Part shown: positions 60,426 through 64,000 of the stretch, in pieces
How the letters are laid out: every line of letters begins with the position of its first letter
Numbering within the stretch: position 1 is the stretch's first letter
From: Chloroflexota bacterium
GTDB lineage: Bacteria > Chloroflexota > UBA11872
Assembly: GCA_026706485.1 (NCBI GenBank)
Contig: JAPOYR010000008.1
Span: 42,558 to 106,557 of the forward strand
Reading direction: 5' to 3'
Length of the DNA stretch: 64,000 nt
Program-made: the position numbers and the translations under genes
Notes under the pieces: generated by a model
Database searches by the model: none
Told to the model about the DNA's origin: nothing
The model's input: only the letters and a program-made list of their open reading frames with translations

Positions 60426-61647
60426 CTGCCGCATGACAGCGGGCCTCGATGGCGGATTGGTAGACGGCGAGGGTTGCGGTGGCGGAGCGTTGCCAGGTGA
60501 AGGTGGACGCGGCGCGAGTGCGGGCGTTCTTGCCCCAGGCGGCGAGGCGGTCGCGGTCCTCCAGGGCGTGGATCAGGCCCCAGGCGATGTCATCCGGGTC
60601 GGCGCCGTTGACGTGCAGGCCGGTCTGCTCCGGACCGCCCGCGACCACCTGCTCGCGGAAGCCCACCACGCCCTGCGCGCCGACGACGGCCGGCTTGCCG
60701 CAGGCCATGGCCTCGGCGGCCACGAGGCCGAACGGCTCATAGGTCGAGGGCAGCACCACCACGTCGCTGGCGACGTAGTGCGCGATGCGCTCCTGCTCGT
60801 CCACGAACTCCGTGCGCATGACCACGCGATCCGACCCCCCGGCGTGGGCGAAGGTGTCGCGCAGCTCGTGCTCCAGCTCGCCGGACCCGAGCACCACGAG
60901 CCAGGCTCCGGCGCACTGGGACGCAACCGATCCCCAGGCCGCGGCAAGCTGCCGCACGCCCTTCACCTCCGTGAGCCGGCCGATGAAAAGCGCCACCGGC
61001 GCCGCTGTCGGGATGTCGTAGCGCGCGCGCACCTCGGGACCGCCAGGGGCGAGCGGGTGATAGAGGCGCGTATCCACGCCATTCCAGACGGCCTGGACCC
61101 GGTCGTCCGGCCAGCCGTGCGCGACCAGGTCCTCGCGCATGGCTTTGCTGACGGTGACGACCGCCGCCGCCTCGTGCCCCAGGGTCAGCTCCCAGGACTG
61201 GACGATGGGCGACGACGCCACAGGCTGGCGTCCGCGCTCGGTGCTGTGCACGTGGAAGACCACCGGCGCATCGACCAGCGGCGCGAGCACGAGGCCCGAC
61301 GGCGCGGCGAGCCAGTCGTGGATCGCCACCACGTCGAAGGGCCCCCGGCGGTGGCGTTCGCGCACGCGGTCGGCCCAGAGGACGTTGGTCGCCGCGAGCT
61401 CGCCGAGCAGGGGTCCCCAGGCTTGGGCTTCGCCGTTGAGGAGCGACGAATAGAGTGGGGTGAGCTCGAGGGGGCGGGTCCAGTGAGTGCCGTCCGCCGG
61501 GTCCGGGTCGGTGGCGCGGAGGGCGGCGAAGACTTCCACCTCGTGCCCGGCGGCGCGCAGGGCCGCGACCATGGCGCCGGCGTAGGTGCCCAGGCCGCCG
61601 ACGATATGGGGCGGATATTCCCAAGTGACGATGGCGATGCGCATCAA
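60394..61647 (-). CDS. Glycosyltransferase family 4, glycogen-synthase-like
   Basis: MRIAIVTWEYPPHIVGGLGTYAGAMVAALRAAGHEVEVF and VVLPSTYEPFGLVAAEAMACGKPAVV. Confidence 0.85.
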   Translation of the reverse strand: MMRIAIVTWEYPPHIVGGLGTYAGAMVAALRAAGHEVEVFAALRATDPDPADGTHWTRPLELTPLYSSLLNGEAQAWGPLLGELAATNVLWADRVRERHRRGPFDVVAIHDWLAAPSGLVLAPLVDAPVVFHVHSTERGRQPVASSPIVQSWELTLGHEAAAVVTVSKAMREDLVAHGWPDDRVQAVWNGVDTRLYHPLAPGGPEVRARYDIPTAAPVALFIGRLTEVKGVRQLAAAWGSVASQCAGAWLVVLGSGELEHELRDTFAHAGGSDRVVMRTEFVDEQERIAHYVASDVVVLPSTYEPFGLVAAEAMACGKPAVVGAQGVVGFREQVVAGGPEQTGLHVNGADPDDIAWGLIHALEDRDRLAAWGKNARTRAASTFTWQRSATATLAVYQSAIEARCHAAVWSPLPQGEG

Positions 61648-61675
61648 GGGGTGGGCGCTTCGGAGTGCCGGATGA

Positions 61676-62267
61676 CCCTCACCCTAGCCCTCTCCCTTCC
61701 AGGGCGAGGGGACCGGATCGGCCTGTGGCGTGGCGGCGAAACGCCCGGGCCGCCGTGGTTTTTCCTTGCCCCTTAGATTCCTCGCTGCGCTCGGAATGAC
61801 AGCAGGGGGACGAGCGACCATGGGGATTCCCACGCTGCACGCAGCGCGGGCCACCGGACGGCCCCTCACCCTCGCCCTCTCCCCGTGGGAGAGGGGACCG
61901 GACCGGGCCGCGGGCGTGGCGACCATCCACCCGAGCCGCGGTGCCGCCTTCCGGCCCCTTAGATTCCTCGCTGCGCTCGGAATGACAGCAGGGGGACGAG
62001 CGACCATGGGGATTCCCACGCTGCACGCAGCGCGGGCCACCGGACGGCCCCTCATCCTCGCCCTCTCCCCGTGGGAGAGGGGACCGGACCGGCGCTTCCA
62101 GGTTGGATGGCGGGTGGATTCCCGCCTCCGCGGGAATTACGAAGGGCCAGCGGACATCGGTCATACGAACCCTGGATTCCGGCCTTCGCCGGAATGACGG
62201 CGGGGGGTGCGCAGAAGTGTCGCGAACCGTCCCCAAGGGCGTGGTTCGACAGGCTCACCACGAACGG
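61676..62267. repeat. Repeat mosaic including a 186-bp-period tandem duplication of a composite B-A-G module
   Basis: G at 61676-61716. The 138-bp units at 61769-61906 and 61955-62092 differ at one position. C variants lie at 62114-62140 and 62172-62198, and E at 62241-62267. Confidence 0.9.
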
Positions 62268-62289
62268 GAGTGGACTCAGCGCGAGTCGG

Positions 62290-63492
62290 TTAGGCAATGG
62301 CATCCAGGAAGTTGACGTAGACGCGCTGGTGCTCCCAGAGCAGGCGCTCGGTGCCCATCCACATCCACTCCTGTGGGGTGAAATAGGCCGACACGTCGGC
62401 CTCGGCGCCGACGCGGCCGACCCATTGCAGCCAGTGCAGGTTGTCGGATTGCATGAGCCAGTGGGCGATCTCGACCAGCTCCGCGTCGCCGGTCATTCGC
62501 GCCGCGCCGTAGGCCACGCTCATGAGGCGGTAGATGGCTTGCTGCGCGTGGTTGCCGAGGAAGAACTCGAGGCCGCCGCTTTCGCCCGCCCAGGTGGCCG
62601 GGAACGGCGTAAGCGGCAGGTCGTGCACCTCCTGGTCGGGCGCTTGCAGGATCTCGCTGGGCGTGACGCACGTGACGCCTTTCTCGGCGAGCGCGGCCGG
62701 CAAGGCTCTCAGGAACTCGAAAATGCCGGTGTCGCGATTGTGATGCTCGCCGAAGGTCTCGAAGTCCCACGCGAGCAGGACGAATTCGCCCGGCGCGTCG
62801 CGGACCCACTGGGCGTAGGTATCGGCCATGAGCGGCCAGCGGTCCCAACTCTGGTTCGAGAAGCGGTAGCCGACGTCGTCGCTGAGCGGAAAGTGTCGGG
62901 GCAGGATCTTGAGCGACCCGCCGTCGAAGTTGTAGCGATGCGTGGATTCGCGCCAGTCCATGACCCACTGACGCCCGTCGATGAAGGCGCCCTGATAGCC
63001 GGCGGTCTGCAGCGCGCGATAGATGTCGGCGGACATGAGCATCTCGGTGGTGTCCGCCACGACCGGCTCGACGCCGAAGCGCTTGGCCGCGCCGGATCGG
63101 GCGAACTCCATTTGCGTCGTGAACGTCGGCAGGTCGATGAGCATGGTCATGGCGTGAAACGGCTCCACGGCCACAAGCTCGGCGCGGGGATGGGCGACCA
63201 GCCCCTGCATTTCCTCCAACAACTCCGGCGCCCAGGTCTCGAACTGCTTGACGGTCGAAAGGGGAACGCCGAGCGACAGCGTCAGGCCCTCGTCGAGCAG
63301 CCGACGCCAGAGCGGCAGCGCGGGGCGATAGCACCAGCGCGCGACCTTCTGGAAGTAGTGGCGGTTGAGGTCCTGATCGAACATCAGGCGCGCCAACTCG
63401 GCGGCGGACGCGCCACGGGGCAGTTCGACCGCGGGCAGCCGTACGCGACGCGGCTGGTGCAGCACCGTGTAGATGACCAGTTGCTCGGCCAG
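62290..63492 (-). CDS. Glycoside hydrolase family 57 protein
   Basis: LHQP near the N-terminus, DFETFGEHH and a GH57-like catalytic region. The conserved first strand (LVIYTVLHQP) lies upstream of the GTG at 63465, so CTG 63492 (GGGAG 10 nt upstream) is proposed as the start. Confidence 0.75.
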   Translation of the reverse strand: MAEQLVIYTVLHQPRRVRLPAVELPRGASAAELARLMFDQDLNRHYFQKVARWCYRPALPLWRRLLDEGLTLSLGVPLSTVKQFETWAPELLEEMQGLVAHPRAELVAVEPFHAMTMLIDLPTFTTQMEFARSGAAKRFGVEPVVADTTEMLMSADIYRALQTAGYQGAFIDGRQWVMDWRESTHRYNFDGGSLKILPRHFPLSDDVGYRFSNQSWDRWPLMADTYAQWVRDAPGEFVLLAWDFETFGEHHNRDTGIFEFLRALPAALAEKGVTCVTPSEILQAPDQEVHDLPLTPFPATWAGESGGLEFFLGNHAQQAIYRLMSVAYGAARMTGDAELVEIAHWLMQSDNLHWLQWVGRVGAEADVSAYFTPQEWMWMGTERLLWEHQRVYVNFLDAIA

Positions 63493-63537
63493 AGGTCGTC
63501 AACTCCCGGGCCGATGTCGAATCCGGCCCACGTGATG

Positions 63538-64000
63538 CTACAGCCCGCGCAACCCCTGACGCTGTCCGGCGAGCTGCAACTTGCTCAGCAAGAGTGGCAG
63601 CAGCGCGTCCCAGGTGTGGAGCTGGGCGGTCTCGCGCGCGCCGGTGCGGATGCGCTCGGCCAGCTCGGGATCGTCGCGCAGCAGCCGCGCCACCTGCACG
63701 ATCTCGTCGGGGCTGCCGACATCGTCCAGGGCCACGCTGTTGCGCATGGGAATGGCGTAGTCCTCGCCGGTCGATCCGACGTAGGCGACGCCGCCCGCCG
63801 CCATGGCTTCGAGGCCGACTAGGCCGAAGGGCTCGTAGCCGCTGTTTGCGAGCACGCCGTCGGCGGCGGCGTAGAGCGCGGGCAGCGCATCGTCGGGCAG
63901 GAAGAACTCGACGTTGAGCACGGCGGCGTCGGGATCGGCGTCGGCGAGGGCCTGCGCGATGCCGGCAATCGATCGATCGTCGGTGTGCACGCCGACCGCC
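63538..64000 (-). CDS. Glycosyltransferase (GT4/GT5-like), C-terminal part; gene continues beyond the right edge
   Basis: VLANSGYEPFGLVGLEAMAAGGVAYVGSTG is a GT-B C-terminal motif. The ORF is open to the window edge. Confidence 0.75.
   Translation of the reverse strand, partial: AVGVHTDDRSIAGIAQALADADPDAAVLNVEFFLPDDALPALYAAADGVLANSGYEPFGLVGLEAMAAGGVAYVGSTGEDYAIPMRNSVALDDVGSPDEIVQVARLLRDDPELAERIRTGARETAQLHTWDALLPLLLSKLQLAGQRQGLRGL

Noticed and set aside
61679-62236. ORFs inside repeat mosaics (61679..62236, 61730..62197, 49570..50181, 30753..31139, 59893..60303) as small proteins.
   Set aside because: Their sequences are concatenations of repeat-unit translations (VIPAKAGIH, LRFLAALGMT, WPALRAAWD, SPLPRGEG) that recur in several frames and orientations. 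They show no independent coding signal.

Overview
High-GC bacterial chromosomal window (by eye about 65-70 % G+C) with about 60 protein-coding genes. I recognised no rRNA, tRNA or CRISPR array. Gene content and the short intergenic repeat families look Chloroflexota/Thermomicrobia-like, but I cannot verify this here. All family calls come from reading motifs in the supplied translations; no database search was possible.

Left to right:
- Partial acetoacetyl-CoA synthetase, glpK, dcd, a NUDIX hydrolase, two orphan family-5 ABC solute-binding proteins, an MFS transporter and a LarA-like protein.
- A metallophosphoesterase, a hypothetical protein with an ABC-2 exporter, and a Gfo/Idh/MocA-NIL fusion.
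- A seven-gene envelope-glycan cluster (13.8-21.5 kb): three GT4, a divergent PlsY-like protein, a UPF0104 flippase-like protein, an O-antigen-ligase-like protein and UDP-glucuronate decarboxylase.
- A markedly low-GC single-gene island (22.2-24.3 kb) encoding a 677-aa beta-solenoid-repeat protein with a C-terminal membrane domain.
- folK, a DHH phosphoesterase, a lipoprotein, an acid-sugar pair (enolase-superfamily dehydratase and HpcH aldolase) and thiamine pyrophosphokinase.
- An orphan terminase-small-subunit-like HTH gene, a Kef-type antiporter and pdxS-pdxT.
- A coupled operon of hypothetical protein, ycf45-like ATPase, tmk and darA, then an aminotransferase and GNATs.
- A tightly coupled minus-strand operon (41.9-48.1 kb): DUF4130-like, SbcD-like, SbcC-like, membrane protein and SAM methyltransferase. 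The SbcC/SbcD-like proteins appear to have lost every catalytic motif. It lies next to dinB and lexA, which carry candidate direct-repeat SOS boxes.
- A cyclophilin-like protein, a GH15 enzyme, a nucleoside hydrolase, a PPIase and a MOSC protein.
- A lower-GC islet with an orphan PD-(D/E)XK nuclease-like gene and two type II TA pairs (vapBC, RHH-mazF).
- A GT4 / GH57 / GT alpha-glucan cluster.

Nearly every longer intergenic region is filled with a mosaic of at least seven short palindromic repeat families:
- A: GGTGGCCCGCGCTGCGTGCAGCGTGGGA
- B: GTCATTCCGAGCGCAGCGAGGAATCTAAG
- C: GTCATTCCCGCGAAGGCGGGAATCCAC
- D: CTTGCAGAATCCAGCCG.G.TTGGGGATGACCGGGCGC
- E: CGTTCGTGGTGAGCCTGTCGAACCAC and CCTTCGACAAGCTCAGGGCGAACG
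- F: GTAGGGGCGGGTTTCAAACCCGCCC
- G: CCCTCACCCT..CCCTCTCCC...GGGAGAGGGGA

These repeats account for many of the spurious ORFs in the track.
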